DNA of 63,467 bases, filler included, from Octopus bimaculoides (taxonomy: Eukaryota), in assembly GCF_001194135.2 (NCBI RefSeq). It is 6 parts of 6 records of this genome, joined end to end, with 100 filler letters (N's around TTAATTAATTAA, not from the genome) between each part and the next. Parts side by side here need not be neighbours in the genome. Positions count along the whole stretch, not along the records: positions 1 to 14,383 come from NC_068984.1; positions 14,484 to 26,912 come from NC_068988.1; 4 more parts are not named here. One strand, 5' to 3'. This document shows, piece by piece, positions 9,320 through 22,128 of the stretch. The notes beneath the pieces are model-generated. The model saw nothing but the letters and a program-made list of their open reading frames with translations. It was not told the origin of the DNA and did not search any database. The first letter of the stretch is position 1. Each line of letters opens with the position of its first letter. The position numbers were made by a program, and so were the translations under genes.

Positions 9320-9700
9320 TATATATACATATATATACACACAAGTGTGTGTGTGTGTGTTGTGTGTGTGTGTGTGCGTGTGTGTGTGCATACGTGTATG
9401 TACTCTCTCATATACATTGTTACGCACCTATAGTGAACTCTCCTGGTGCAAACGACCGATAAGGGTTCCATGACTTTATGCTGAAGAAGATGCAAGATGA
9501 TTTGTTTGTAATGATAAAAAGGTCCCTTCTTCAATAAAATTGATATTACCCGTACACGTGCACGGTTTCCCACACGTCAGATATCGAAGGGGCCCCAAAG
9601 CAGATGAGCACAACGCACTGCCCGTTTCCAGAATCGAAACCATGCTTTTGCGATGATGAATACAGTAGCCTAACGACTCGGTCACGTACCTTCATGCACG

Positions 9701-9751
<51 letters not shown>

Positions 9752-10189
9752 TGCTGTTTCTTGGTAGGATCATTACGCTAATAATAATTACAACGCAAGC
9801 ACTGGCGCATGTGTTATTATTATTGGCATAATGACCCTCTCAAGGCAAGGTTTGTTTTAACACTCAAATTCGCATCAAGAATCTTGCAAACCAAGTACAA
9901 AAATCCAAAGACACGTGGGAAACTGAATGATTCCGTACGCACACTTCAGAAATCTCTTGAAAAGACGTGATCAAACTGTTTTTTAAAGAAGTAAAATTAT
10001 TGCACCTGACCTGTCTGAAAGAAGATTCCCTAATTAAATCACAGCATATCAAGATGTTTCATGAAGAATTCTTCGCTCAGTCTACCTAAATCGAAAGTTG
10101 TTTATTCAATAAGGAATTATTTCTGATCTACTCGAAAAGAACCACACCAATAAATCACTCACCCACATCACAGCAGATCGCCGAAAATG

Positions 10190-10420
10190 ATAGACACAAC
10201 CGAGCTCCAGAAATAGATGGTATTCCAGCTACTGCACTAGAATTATGCAATAATGTCCAAGCAAAACACAGACTCTGGAAAGCATCCAAATTCGTTGAAA
10301 GAAGCAATCATCAAACCAATTCACAAAAGTGGAAGCAGGGCACAACAGATTATTTATAGAGCCGTATCTTTCAACTCACACATAACTAGAATACTTGAAT
10401 GAATCAACGAACCAACGAGG
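10190..10420 (+). mobile_element. CR1/L2-like reverse transcriptase N-terminal remnant
   Basis: RAPEIDGIPATAL...LKEAIIKPIHKSGSRAQQIIYRAVSFNSHITRILE resembles GPDGIP...KEAIITPIHKGG...NYRPVSLTS...KVLE. Confidence 0.65.
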
Positions 10421-11694
10421 GGACCTCTACATGCTCAAACAACCGGCTAGAAATAACAACACTGCACCTCCTTTAAATCGTGCTGCATCCTCTTAAAAAA
10501 GGAAGAAAATATTGTATGGAATAGTCTCAGATTGACTGCATCTGACACAAATCAAACCGAAGGGTCATGGTTGGAGTGTATTTAGTCGTAAGTATTCTCG
10601 ATCAATGCTGACCTGGGGACCGAACAACAACAATTTTGGAGGACAATGACTTTCTTAGTTTTACCCAGTATTTTTAATTTAATCAAGAAGGCTGGTCACG
10701 GCTGGCACTTCTTTGAATGTAGGGATTGCACGATCGGAACCGACCTGGCAATAAACAACATCATTGCATAATACTACTAGCGCCATCCCCGACATCAGTA
10801 TTACTATGACGACGATAAACCTTATCAGCCCCAACACCAATGTTACTATGGCCCAAACTGCTGCCACCCTCGCACTCCATCCTCGCCACCCTAACAAAAC
10901 ACCACCGAAGCCTTATCAGAGGAAGGTTTGTTAAGTTGTAATAACGCAGTCAAAACAACTTCCTGTGGCGGAAAGATGGCGAGTTGGAGCAGTTGACATC
11001 GACCAATGACTGCATTGGAGGGAAACGCCGGGGTGTGTGTGTGTGTGTGTGTGTGTGTCTTCTTCATCACCATTACATTCACCATCATCATCATCATCAT
11101 CGTCAGCAGCAACAGCAGTAGCGGCGGCAGCAGCTTCCCACGTTCATACCCTCCTCTTTCTTTCCCATCCCGACCCTACACTTCTATTTATTATCCTTTT
11201 TTTCCTTCATCTCCTTTCTACATTCTTATTCTTCCTCTCATTCCCATCAGTCGCCCTCCTCAACTTCTTCTTCTTCTTTTTCGACCTCTGGCCTTGTGCC
11301 TATAGCAGAAAGGGTTATTATTATTATCATCATCATCATCATCATCATCATTATCGTCATCATCAACATCGTTGGTGTCGTCATTACTACTGTTGTTATT
11401 CGTTTATTCTTTAATTCTTCATCTTCGCTTACCGCTCCCCACCCCACACAACCCACACCCCACACCCCGACCTCACAACTTGTAGCCTTTGGAACCATCC
11501 GTGTCTATGATATTAAAACCGGTGCCAACTCTATAATTAAAGCAACATGCAAGTTGATATTTCTTTTGCGGATATTAACAATGTATTTACTAATTAATCA
11601 GTCTGTTTCAATTTATGGATATGCCTTGTTGTTGGCTGGCTGGCTTGCTGGCTGGTGTGTTGCTATGGTTATTTTCTGTTGTTCGTTGATGAGG

Positions 11695-11815
11695 ACAATG
11701 ATGATGGCAGTGGTGGCGCTGATGATGATGATGGCAGTCGTGGCGCTGATGATGATGACGATGATGATGATGGCAGTGGTGGCGCTGATGATGATGACGA
11801 TGATGATGTTTTTAT
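11695..11815. repeat. (GAT)n-based minisatellite, unit gatgatgatggcagtggtggcgct, about x3
   Basis: Read directly. Confidence 0.8.
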
Positions 11816-12355
11816 GAGTTTCTTGTTTATGTGATCATTGTTGTTTTCTTTTTCTTGATACCATGTTGTTGCTGCCCTAATTGTTTAGACTCAGTTTTGT
11901 TCGAATAGGCCAAAGGGGAGAAGCCTTCCCGTTGTGACCATCCCCTTCCATATATTTTTCAGACATATGTTTACAACTACATTATTCAATGCGCCCTTTC
12001 ATGTTTTACAACAAAAGATTGTGATTTGGTGGAGACTTCGTTAAACTAAAGGCCAGGTCAGCTGACACCAAGATCCTCCCTGGCTGGAGATGCTCGAATT
12101 TCCCTCAAATCCCACCCAACCATCTTTAAAACTGAAAGACGGTTGATGTAGTCTGAAGTAGAGAATCTTTTACTTGTTTCAATCATTGGATTGTGGTCAA
12201 CATAGGACACTTCCATGTAAGGTTAAATCGAAAGAATCAACCTCTGTACATATTTTTAAATTTATTACTTTTTCTAATGGTCGCAGTTTGCCGAACTGCT
12301 AAGGTTCGTGGACGGTCCTCAAATGCTGGTGCGGTACAGTCACAAGCACAAAGAG

Positions 12356-12444
<89 letters not shown>

Positions 12445-12911
12445 NNNNNNNNNNNNNNNNNNNNNNNNNNNNNNNNNNNNNNNNNNNNNNNNNNNNNNNN
12501 NNNNNNNNNNNNNNNNNNNNNNNNNNNNNNNNNNNNNNNNNNNNNNNNNNNNNNNNNNNNNNNNNNNNNNNNNNNNNNNNNNNNNNNNNNNNNNNNNNNN
12601 NNNNNNNNNNNNNNNNNNNNNNNNNNNNNNNNNNNNNNNNNNNNNNNNNNNNNNNNNNNNNNNNNNNNNNNNNNNNNNNNNNNNNNNNNNNNNNNNNNNN
12701 NNNNNNNNNNNNNNNNNNNNNNNNNNNNNNNNNNNNNNNNNNNNNNNNNNNNNNNNNNNNNNNNNNNNNNNNNNNNNNNNNNNNNNNNNNNNNNNNNNNN
12801 NNNNNNNNNNNNNNNNNNNNNNNNNNNNNNNNNNNNNNNNNNNNNNNNNNNNNNNNNNNNNNNNNNNNNNNNNNNNNNNNNNNNNNNNNNNNNNNNNNNN
12901 NNNNNNNNNNN

Positions 12912-12945
<34 letters not shown>

Positions 12946-12947
<2 letters not shown>

Positions 12948-13105
12948 GACCGGCTTCTCTCAGTTTCCGTCTACCTAATCCACACACCTCTTTGCTCAGT
13001 TATGGATCATTGTGGAAAACACTTGCCCAAGATGCCGCACAGTGAGACTAAACTCAAGAGTACATGGTTGGGAAGCCCGCTTCTTACCACAAAGACACGC
13101 CTATG
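12946..13105 (-). mobile_element. tRNA-derived SINE family B (diverged)
   Basis: Reverse complement of ...ttgggcaagtgtttt...gtagacggaaactgagagaagccggtcg. Confidence 0.75.
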
Positions 13106-14339
13106 TTTAAAATGTCAGGAAAACATACGAATAATTATGTCTTGACTGCTTTTAATCAGCAATCTACTTTCACGAGGCTAAACAACGAAAACAAATACTT
13201 CGCTAGAAGTATTGTAGTACAGAAATAGAATAATAAATGAAATAGGACATGAGGAAAGGTTGTAACAATGCTGAAAGTGCAAAAAGCTTTATATTTCGAG
13301 TGCAAAGTTCTATCTTCAGAACGATTACTTGAATTTATCTCTATTCTCCAACAAGTTTATCGAAGCGTGACTTTGCCGCAGAAGTTGAGTCGGGGCTGCA
13401 CCGAAAGGGGGAAGATGGCAAGATTCAGATCCCTTCTCTGTCTACACAAAAGACAATTTACATCCGCCTACTACACCAACGCCACCACTGACAACCACCT
13501 TTACCACCACTGCTGCTAACCTACAACCAGTCTTCCACCTCCGTCCACAGTGCGACCCCTACCGGACCAAAACGATGTCAATTCTCATCCGGCCATCTAA
13601 AATGGCAGGACCTTCTTTGACTGCATCCTTCAGAAAATAGACCTTTAAGCCCAAAATACAGAGGATAATTTTTTTATATTTCCTTCATCGTTAGAAGTCT
13701 TCCTTATTTCTCATTTCAACAAAAACAAAACGAACCACTGCTTCAAAGAGGTGTTGATTCGACTTTCAACAGAAATATTTATAGATTTTGTTATTCTTTG
13801 GGTTGTTGTTGTTGTTTTAAATATGTCATCGACTACCACTGAATAACGTTAACCACTCGAATAAACAAGTCAGAAACACAGTTTCGATTCACTTAGATAC
13901 CTAATGCCCTCACAAAAACTCCGATGTATATCATCGCGTACGTATGAGTTACAAACAACAAAATGACTATGCTTCATCACACGTTGATAGACATCGCTGC
14001 TTATTATAACTCCAGGAGAGAGAATAGAAGTGTTTCTAGATTAACATTACTGAATATACTAACAATGTGCCGCAGAAGACCGTAAAAAGATTTAATAATG
14101 ATGATGATGATGATGATGATAATGATGATATTAATAAGTGTATGTATGATGTGTGTGTTTGTGCGTGTACGTCGGTGTGTATCCGATTACGTTTGTGCGT
14201 TCGTGTTCAGTGTCAAAATATAGTCGCGTGTGTATTTACAAGAAATACATAGATTTATGTACAATCATATGTGAGATCCGAAAGTGAGCAGGAATATAAC
14301 GCATGCGCGCACATGCATACATATATACACATATACGTT

Positions 14340-14383
<44 letters not shown>

Positions 14384-14483
14384 NNNNNNNNNNNNNNNNN
14401 NNNNNNNNNNNNNNNNNNNNNNNNNNNTTAATTAATTAANNNNNNNNNNNNNNNNNNNNNNNNNNNNNNNNNNNNNNNNNNNN
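14384..14483. other. Assembly artefact: 44 N + TTAATTAATTAA + 44 N (also at 26957, 43896, 54334, 62362)
   Basis: The identical 12-mer is centred in five 100-bp N blocks. Confidence 0.95.
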
Positions 14484-15698
14484 CCACCACCATGATCGTC
14501 ATCACGACGATGACGACGACAACGACGACGACCAGCACCACCAGCACCACCAGCACCATCACCCCTTTCACGCAGTTAGAAATAACAGCAAAATCTCCAT
14601 CGTCTCAATTTTAAGAGGGTGATACAATGGATAAGGTGACGCTGGCTACACTATGTTTGTATTAAAGACGAGGTGGTCACGGCTAGAAAGCTTGTGACCA
14701 AAGGTCTGCTCAGCAAAGGCAGACTAACAACAACAGCCGCCGTTATGAAAATCGTTGTCATCACCATCACCATCATCACCACCGCAACCACTACTACCAC
14801 TACTACCACTATTACAAAAACCACCACGATCATCACCACCACTCCGGCTGCCACTCGTCACTGCCCCCCCCCCCACCGCCACCACTAGAAATCACAACAA
14901 ACACCAGAACCTTCACCACAACACCCACAACTACACGCATGACAACAGACCAGCTCCATTGCGACCATCAAACTCCCCACCACCATCATCGAATCCATAC
15001 CATTGGGCATCTATTGTAATCTGTCTTTCAGTCTGCTTTGTGTTGTTGTTGCTGTCGCCGAAAGTTGCTATTGTTGTTTTAGTTTTTGATCTTATCGGAG
15101 ATGGGTTTCTCTTGTGATAGCAAATTGTTGGCAACGCTGTGTCAAAGGTCACGTCTGCCAAAACAGAAATTTGATAACTCATATACTATCTGATTGCAAT
15201 AAATCAATCATTTGATTATCTTGTGATAGAAGAAAAAGTCTTTATACATANNNNNNNNNNNNNNNNNNNNNNNNNNNNNNNNNNNNNNNNNNNNNNNNNN
15301 NNNNNNNNNNNNNNNNNNNNNNNNNNNNNNNNNNNNNNNNNNNNNNNNNNNNNNNNNNNNNNNNNNNNNNNNNNNNNNNNNNNNNNNNNNNNNNNNNNNN
15401 NNNNNNNNNNNNNNNNNNNNNNNNNNNNNNNNNNNNNNNNNNNNNNNNNNNNNNNNNNNNNNNNNNNNNNNNNNNNNNNNNNNNNNNNNNNNNNNNNNNN
15501 NNNNNNNNNNNNNNNNNNNNNNNNNNNNNNNNNNNNNNNNNNNNNNNNNNNNNNNNNNNNNNNNNNNNNNNNNNNNNNNNNNNNNNNNNNNNNNNNNNNN
15601 NNNNNNNNNNNNNNNNNNNNNNNNNNNNNNNNNNNNNNNNNNNNNNNNNNNNNNNNNNNNNNNNNNTATGTATTTATATATATATGTATGTATATATG

Positions 15699-15737
<39 letters not shown>

Positions 15738-16504
15738 GGTTCACAATATTCAACATGGATTTGATCTCGGTTTAAGTACGTCCACATTGCTTTGTTTTCT
15801 GTTTTATGTTTTCATTATATTTCCTTTTAGATTATGATTTGGAAGTGCTGCCCTCTTGGTCCATGATATGACAGGTCCTATAACAGATTTTGACGTTGCT
15901 TCTTATCACAATACTTAATGATGAAGTACGATTTGTATGATTTACGAATATACGAAAACATTCAAGGTGCAATACAATATTTTCAGGGAGCAAACTCCAA
16001 GCAAACAAAATCTGAAATACAGGTTCGATTCCAGAGTGATCGTAAATCGCTTTAAATACTCAAGCTATCTGCGTTTTCAGGTTTGAATTTGTTGTCTTAG
16101 TGCCAGGTTAAACTTAGCATTTTCACTATGTTGCTTATGCATAGGGCTTTTAAATGTGTTTTTGCCAGCATCTCCATTTATAAATGTACGACACCTACTT
16201 ATAGAGAGATTGTTTCTGCTTTCATTTGTTTTAATCTGGTTGACGCAATTTCCAGATCTTTATATTTAACTAGTTTCTCATACACTAGTTAATCTTATAT
16301 TTTGGATCCCATGGAATTGGTCCTTTAGCGAGAAAAAAATTGTCTTCTAGTAGTTGTTCACTATAGTATCTAAACAATTTGTTTTATTATCCATGTATGC
16401 AAGTATCAGGGTTCCCATCGAATACCTGGTGCTATGACATTTTATGATATACTTTATGGTGGTTGTCTGTAAAAATTTATTTTCGGTGAAAATTGGTTCA
16501 AAGC

Positions 16505-16587
16505 CTGAGCAAGTGTCTTCTACTATAGCATCGGGCCGACCAAAGCCTTGTGAGCGGATTTGGTAGACGGAAACTGAAAGAAGCCCG

Positions 16588-16590
<3 letters not shown>
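16505..16590 (+). mobile_element. SINE family B, 3' part
   Basis: gagcaagtgtcttctactatagcatcgggccgaccaaagccttgtgagcggatttggtagacggaaactgaaagaagcccgtc followed by (TA)n. Confidence 0.85.
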
Positions 16591-16624
<34 letters not shown>

Positions 16625-16910
16625 NNNNNNNNNNNNNNNNNNNNNNNNNNNNNNNNNNNNNNNNNNNNNNNNNNNNNNNNNNNNNNNNNNNNNNNNNNNN
16701 NNNNNNNNNNNNNNNNNNNNNNNNNNNNNNNNNNNNNNNNNNNNNNNNNNNNNNNNNNNNNNNNNNNNNNNNNNNNNNNNNNNNNNNNNNNNNNNNNNNN
16801 NNNNNNNNNNNNNNNNNNNNNNNNNNNNNNNNNNNNNNNNNNNNNNNNNNNNNTAAAAGAATACTACTTGGCTCATTAGAAGGTAAATGTAAAGTTATCT
16901 CCTTGTGTGT

Positions 16911-17220
16911 GGAGGCGCAATGGCCCAGTGGTTAGGGTAGCGGACTCGCAGTCATAGGATCGCGGTTTCGATTCCCAGACCGGGTGTTGTGTGTGTTTAT
17001 TGAGCGAAAACACCTAAGTTCCACGAGGCTCCGGCAAGGGGTGGTGGTGACGCCTGTTGTACTCTTTCGCTCCAACTTTCTCTCTTCTTGTTTCTTGAGT
17101 AAAGCTGCGATGGACTGGTGTCACGTCCAGCTGGGGGTGGGGGGAACACTTACGCCATAGAAACCGGGAAACCGGTCCCATGAGCCTGGCTAGGCTTTAA
17201 ATAGGGCGCATAAATAAATA
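16911..17220 (+). mobile_element. tRNA-derived SINE family C head joined to a family D-type tail
   Basis: ggaggcgcaatggcccagtggttagg...ggtttcgattccc (A/B boxes); ends ggctaggctttaaatagggcgcataaataaata. Confidence 0.85.
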
Positions 17221-17228
17221 CATAAATC

Positions 17229-17467
17229 TCCTCGTGTCATGCCGACTCAGAAGGGCCGGTTTCCCGGTTTCATGGCGTATACATTCCCCACCTGGACAGG
17301 AGGCTGGGTTGTCGCAGGGTTACTCATTTTTGCCAGTTAAGTGGACTGGAGCAACGTAATAATGAAGTGTTTTCCTCAAGACCACAATGCATTGCCTGGC
17401 CCAGAAATTGAAACCACAATCTTACAATCATGAGTCCAACACCCTAACCACTAAGCCACGCGCCTCT
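17229..17467 (-). mobile_element. tRNA-derived SINE family D
   Basis: Head gaggcgcgtggcttagtggttagggtgttggactcatgattgtaagattgtggtttcaatt. Confidence 0.85.
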
Positions 17468-17479
17468 ACGAGAGTAAAG

Positions 17480-17697
17480 TAATGTTCCTTCCTGAGTCTT
17501 GCCGACTCATAAGGGCCGGTTTCCCAGTTTCACGGCGTATGTATTCCCCACCTAGACAGGACGCCATTGAGAGAACTGAAGCAAAGTGAAATGATGTGCT
17601 TTGCTCAAGAACACAACGCGTCATCCGGTCCAGGAATCGAAACCGCAATTTTACGATCATGAATCCAACGCCCCTAACCACTAAGCCACGAGCTTCC
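17480..17697 (-). mobile_element. tRNA-derived SINE family D (adjacent copy)
   Basis: Same head and body; tail ggcaagactcaggaaggaacattactttact. Confidence 0.85.
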
Positions 17698-17879
17698 ACT
17701 TTCATTAGAAGGTGATTTCCAACATGCACTGAATGGATTCACAGCCGAGGGTTGCATGGCTGAGATAAGAAATTAGTTTTGCAAAGAGTGAGACATTGGT
17801 CGTCTCAAGAAAATTCTTCCTAGTGCACTCTGCCTGTTAGTAGAACAGTATCAAAACAAATGAAGACATTAAGGGTATC

Positions 17880-18500
17880 ATTTGAAAATGAGTTAGTTGC
17901 TATTTTTAACCCGTCATTGTTTTATAGCTATTTGTATCTGTTAATTCTTTAGCAAATACTTTTGGAATACTACAGTAGATATTTTATAATAGTTTTCTAA
18001 TTGCTGTAGAAGACCATAAATTCTGCTTGTGTCCGAGATAAATATATAATCTTTTTGTTTTGGCTGTATTCTAAATGCAGTCATTATTTTTCTTATATTC
18101 TCGTCTAGTCTTGCTAATTCATTTAGCTTTCAGTTGAGAATATTATTGCTATAACTTATTACTGAAACAACTAGAATATTGATATCTACCACCTTTATTT
18201 TTGGCATTTAGCTAAGTTTTAAATATTAATCAAATGCGTCTATAATATTCCTTTCCAACCTTTTCTTGTACACGAGTGACATTCTATCTAGCTCATTAAT
18301 TCCTAAGTATTTTTAAGTCTGTATTTGGTCTAATTCACTTATCTCTGTTTCCTTATCTAACATGATATTAGTAGTTTTATTAATTTCTCTCTTTGAACCG
18401 TTTTCCTTGAAGCATTTTGCAAAACCGAAATTCAAGGCATACTGATTATAGTTGCTTTGTCTTCAGAAACATTCAACTTCATGTTATACATGTACAAAAT
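17880..18500 (-). mobile_element. R4/Dong-like (RLE) non-LTR retrotransposon, RT C-terminal remnant
   Basis: LYMYNMKL (YMDD motif)...FGFAKC...KYLGINE...EKVGKEYYRRI*LIFKT*LNAKNK...SYS...ELARLDENIRKIMT; many stops. Confidence 0.75.
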
Positions 18501-18569
18501 ATTAGACAAAACATGTACTACAACACTTGCACACATATTCTATGATTTGCGGAGAAAATCCTGAAATAA

Positions 18570-18890
18570 ACTGCGAATGGTTTACCGCGGGGACAATACT
18601 CGTAATCTAGAAGACCAAAGAAACAACAAACCCATTATATTGCAGCCCAAACCTCTCCTCCTTCAAAATTTTAGAGTAATATTATTGCAAAGAATAAAGG
18701 CATATATGGGTGAGCAATATATTTGCAGAAAAAAAACCCCCCAGAATGGATGCTGCAAAGAGTCATATGGAAGAAAGCAGGAATTACTGGTCAAAACTTG
18801 ATAACTGAGGATTGCTGAAGTCGAAAGACGGGACTGAGAATGGCGTAGACTGTTTACCAGAAGGTGCTTGTTTCACAATATTCCCCACGT
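18570..18890 (+). mobile_element. R4/Dong-like RT N-terminal remnant, inverted relative to its neighbours
   Basis: EWFTAGTILVI*K...SFKIL...GCCKE...EDC*SRKTGLRMA*..YQK resembles WLT.G.T.LIPK...GCKEQL...L.MAWIDY.KAFD. Confidence 0.65.
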
Positions 18891-19209
18891 CGCCAAATTC
18901 GGTTCTAGAAATACTGGCAGTGAGTTAGCAAGCAATTGTATATTTTGATAGCACTGGTATCTGTACCGAATTTGGTTTAGCTTACAGGTTAAAGGTGTCA
19001 GTACCTTTGTATAAAGGTGCTGACACCTTTATAAAGGGAGATAGATAGATAGATAGATTTATAATGGGAGATAGATAGATTGATAGATAGAGAGGGAGTG
19101 ACTGAGAGAAAGGGAGAAAGAGGGAGAGAGATAAACAGAGACAAACAGACAGAACTCTCTATTGACTGTTTCAAATTTTTACACACGGCCAGCAATTTTA
19201 TTGAAAAGT

Positions 19210-19360
19210 TATTAATCGATTACGTTGACCTTTGTACTTTATTTTAGCTAATCCGAAATGACGAATAGCAAAGCTGACCTCAGCAGGATTCGAGCTTGTA
19301 ACGTAAAGTTCCGGAAGAAAGGCTGCTAAGCATTTTGCTCGACACATTAATGATTCTCCA
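19210..19360 (-). mobile_element. SINE family E (old copy)
   Basis: aatcgattacgttgacc...gctgacctcagcaggattcgagc...gctaagcattttg...atgattctcc. Confidence 0.65.
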
Positions 19361-19379
19361 TTCTTTTGGTTGAATCCAT

Positions 19380-20640
19380 AGAATTGTCAACCATATATTC
19401 ATGGCATGTTTACTGTACCAGCTTCTTATTAACTTACTCATGGTTAATACTTCTAGAATCGATACTATCGAACAAACGCCTTCTGCTAAAGTCTATACCA
19501 TTTTCTGTCCCTTCTTTAAACTTCAGAAATCCTCAGTTCTGACTTCTATGACCATTATATTTATGCTTGCTTCCATATAACACTTGGAAAAATTCATTCT
19601 GATTTTCTGGAAATATATTGTTTAACCCAGATAAGCATTAATCCTTTATGATAATATTCTTTTCTATTCTCGGTACAAGGCCCGAAATTTTAGGGGAGGG
19701 GATCAGTCGATTAGATCGACTCCATTACACACCTGGTACTTAATATATCAACCCCGAAAGGATGAAAGGTAAAGTCGACCTTTGTGATAATATTGCATAT
19801 AAGGTTTTCAATGCTAGAATGTTTGGCCCGGCAATATTTTGATATTTCGAGTTTGATGTTCTTTTGGTTTTCGGGATTAAAATTATTTTCCACTCGGTGA
19901 GGCATTCAATGTTTTATTTCAGCATTTTTCTTTTGATCATAGAATATTTGTGCAAGTACTTTTGAGCACCTGTTAAATATAATAGCCACAAGTTTCTGGG
20001 AGCTTTCAAATTGCTTGCTTTGTAGCAATATAGGATTGTTTGGGAGAATTAAAATTTTTCCCACGCTTGTTTCTTTTAACAACCTCTTCTCGGTCGATAA
20101 TTCTGCCGTCCTAATTCGTCCTAAAAAAAAAACAAAAACAAACTCCTGTTTTTTTCTTTTCTTGGAGCTGCATACTTCTTATTTTAGTTTTACCTGGGTC
20201 TTGGTAAAATCATTTTGGATCGAGAACGGAATTTTTGTTTTGCGCAAAGCAGTTTCGTCACTTTTCCTAATGCTGGATTTCTTTAGATTCAACGAAGATT
20301 TTTTTGTTGTTTTGATTTCGAGTTGTGTTGTTCTGTCGTATTAAGCTGTATTTCTGCAGGAGTTATGTATCTCTCATTCGCTTTTATTCATTTGTATTCT
20401 TTCTCTGTTGATTTCATTAATGATTGAGGGATCTCTCATTTTATTTTCTACCTTTTCCTCTATGTTCGTTTTCCACGTCGTTTGCTTGCAAATAAATCAA
20501 ATAATCTTTGGAACAGCCAAAATAGTAACAAAGAAAAATGGTTACTTCCTCAAAATTTCGCAAACAGAAATATATATGAGATGTATTTTCTTTTTTAGAA
20601 GTACTCACTTTCCTTTATGACTATTGTAGCCATAGATTAT
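19380..20640 (-). mobile_element. R4/Dong-like ORF remnant (pre-RT and RT N-terminal), interrupted by a family E SINE at about 19660-19782
   Basis: TWKTNIEEKVENKMRDPSIINEI resembles WK.RIE.KI..LR.D.S.L.EI; 19470-19660 aligns in reverse complement with 18680-18890. Confidence 0.5.
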
Positions 20641-21106
20641 TTACCTTGATTATTTGATTTACTTTGGTAATAGCAATGCTGGTGTTTCTTTCCACTACAT
20701 TATCTGAAGGCCCTGTCAGTGGATTGTATTGTTGTTATTACTTTATCATTATATTTTCTTTTTTTCTTAAATTCATTTTGTTGATCCATAAGAAGAAAGC
20801 CGATCGATTTGAATTCTTTAAACGTTTTCACTCTTAGTTCATTCTCATACTAAAAATTTATATATTTACAATAATCGAAATTTACATCTTAAGAATTCTC
20901 TACACTAAGTTCTTTCACATATCCACTTGTGATTTAATTTACGCTGGTTTGGTTTTGGTTCGATAGATATAGATAAAAGATTCCACAGGTTTCGGTTTGA
21001 TTTACTCTGTTCTTTGCTTTGATTGCACTTCTTGTATCTTCGTCATTAGAAGTGGCGGTTTTGTTAGAACAACCGACAAATTAACTTGCGTTCTTTAGTT
21101 ACAGCG

Positions 21107-21316
21107 AGGCGGCGAGCTGGCAGAATCGTTACCGTATCCGGAAAAAATTGCTTAGCGGCATTTCTTCTGATGTTACGTTCTATGTTCAAATTCCACCGTG
21201 GTTCACTTTGCCTTTCATCCTTTCGGAGTCGATAAAATAAGTACCAGTTGAGCACTGGATGTAATCGACTTACTCCCTCATACGGACTTGTTGGCTTTGT
21301 ACCAAAATTTGAAGCC
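21107..21316 (+). mobile_element. SINE family E
   Basis: gaggcggcgagctggcagaatcgtt...gtcgataaaataagtaccagttgagcactgg. Confidence 0.85.
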
Positions 21317-21319
21317 AAA

Positions 21320-21513
21320 AGGCGGCGAGCAGGCAGAATCGTTTGTACGCCGAAGAAAATGTCTAGCTGCATCTCGTCCGTCTTTATGTACCGAATTCTG
21401 CCGAGCTCAACTTTGTATTTCTTTCGTTCGGGGTTGAGTGAAGGGGTCGATGTAATCGATTAACCCGCACGCCAGAAATTTCTGCTTTTGTACTAAAATT
21501 TGAAACCGTTATT
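21320..21513 (+). mobile_element. SINE family E (adjacent, diverged)
   Basis: ggcggcgagcaggcagaatcgtt...ggggtcgatgtaatcgatt. Confidence 0.75.
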
Positions 21514-21731
21514 CAGTTACGACTCTTTACATTTCAAATTCAAGTCTTGTGCAATTTGCAATAATCCTTTAAATGTTGCTGGTTTCGTTTTGAATGTCAA
21601 TGTTTGTCATATGTTGTGGTGGAACATACTAACACTCTTCATTAATTCGACTCTTGGTCGAGAAGAATAATCTGAAGAATTGAAATGGCAGGGAGGAGAC
21701 AAATGTCTTTTTGCTGAACTCTGAAATTAGT

Positions 21732-22128
21732 TGTTGTTGTTGTTGTTGTTGGCACTCCGTCGCTTACGACGTCGAGGGTTCCAGTTGATCCGATCAACGG
21801 AACAGCCAGCTCGTGAAATTAACGTGCAAGTGACTGAGCACTCCACAGACACGTGTACCCTTAACGTAGTTCTCGGGGGATATTCAGCGTGACACAGTGT
21901 GACAAGGCTGGCCCTTTGAATTACAGGTACAACAGAAACAGGAAGTAAGAATGAGAGAAAGTTGTGGTGAAAGAGTCCAGCAGGGTTCGCCACCATCTCC
22001 TCCCGGAGCCTCGTGGGGCTTTTAGGTGTTTTCGCTCAATAAACACTCACAACGCCCGGTCTGGGAATCGAAACCGCGATCCTATGACCGCGAGTCCGCT
22101 GCCCTAACCACTGGGCCATTGCGCCTCC
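21732..22128 (-). mobile_element. Full-length SINE family C with (CAA)n tail and 14-bp TSD
   Basis: TSD actctgaaattagt at 21718-21731 and 22129-22142; intact tRNA-like head. Confidence 0.92.

Noticed and set aside
13268-13519. 83-aa ORF in unique sequence
   Set aside because: No recognisable domain and no convincing splice-site pair.
17880-18890. Twin-priming 5' inversion as the explanation for the inverted RT piece
   Set aside because: The same RT segment also exists in sense orientation at 19470-19660, so a single twin-priming event does not explain it.
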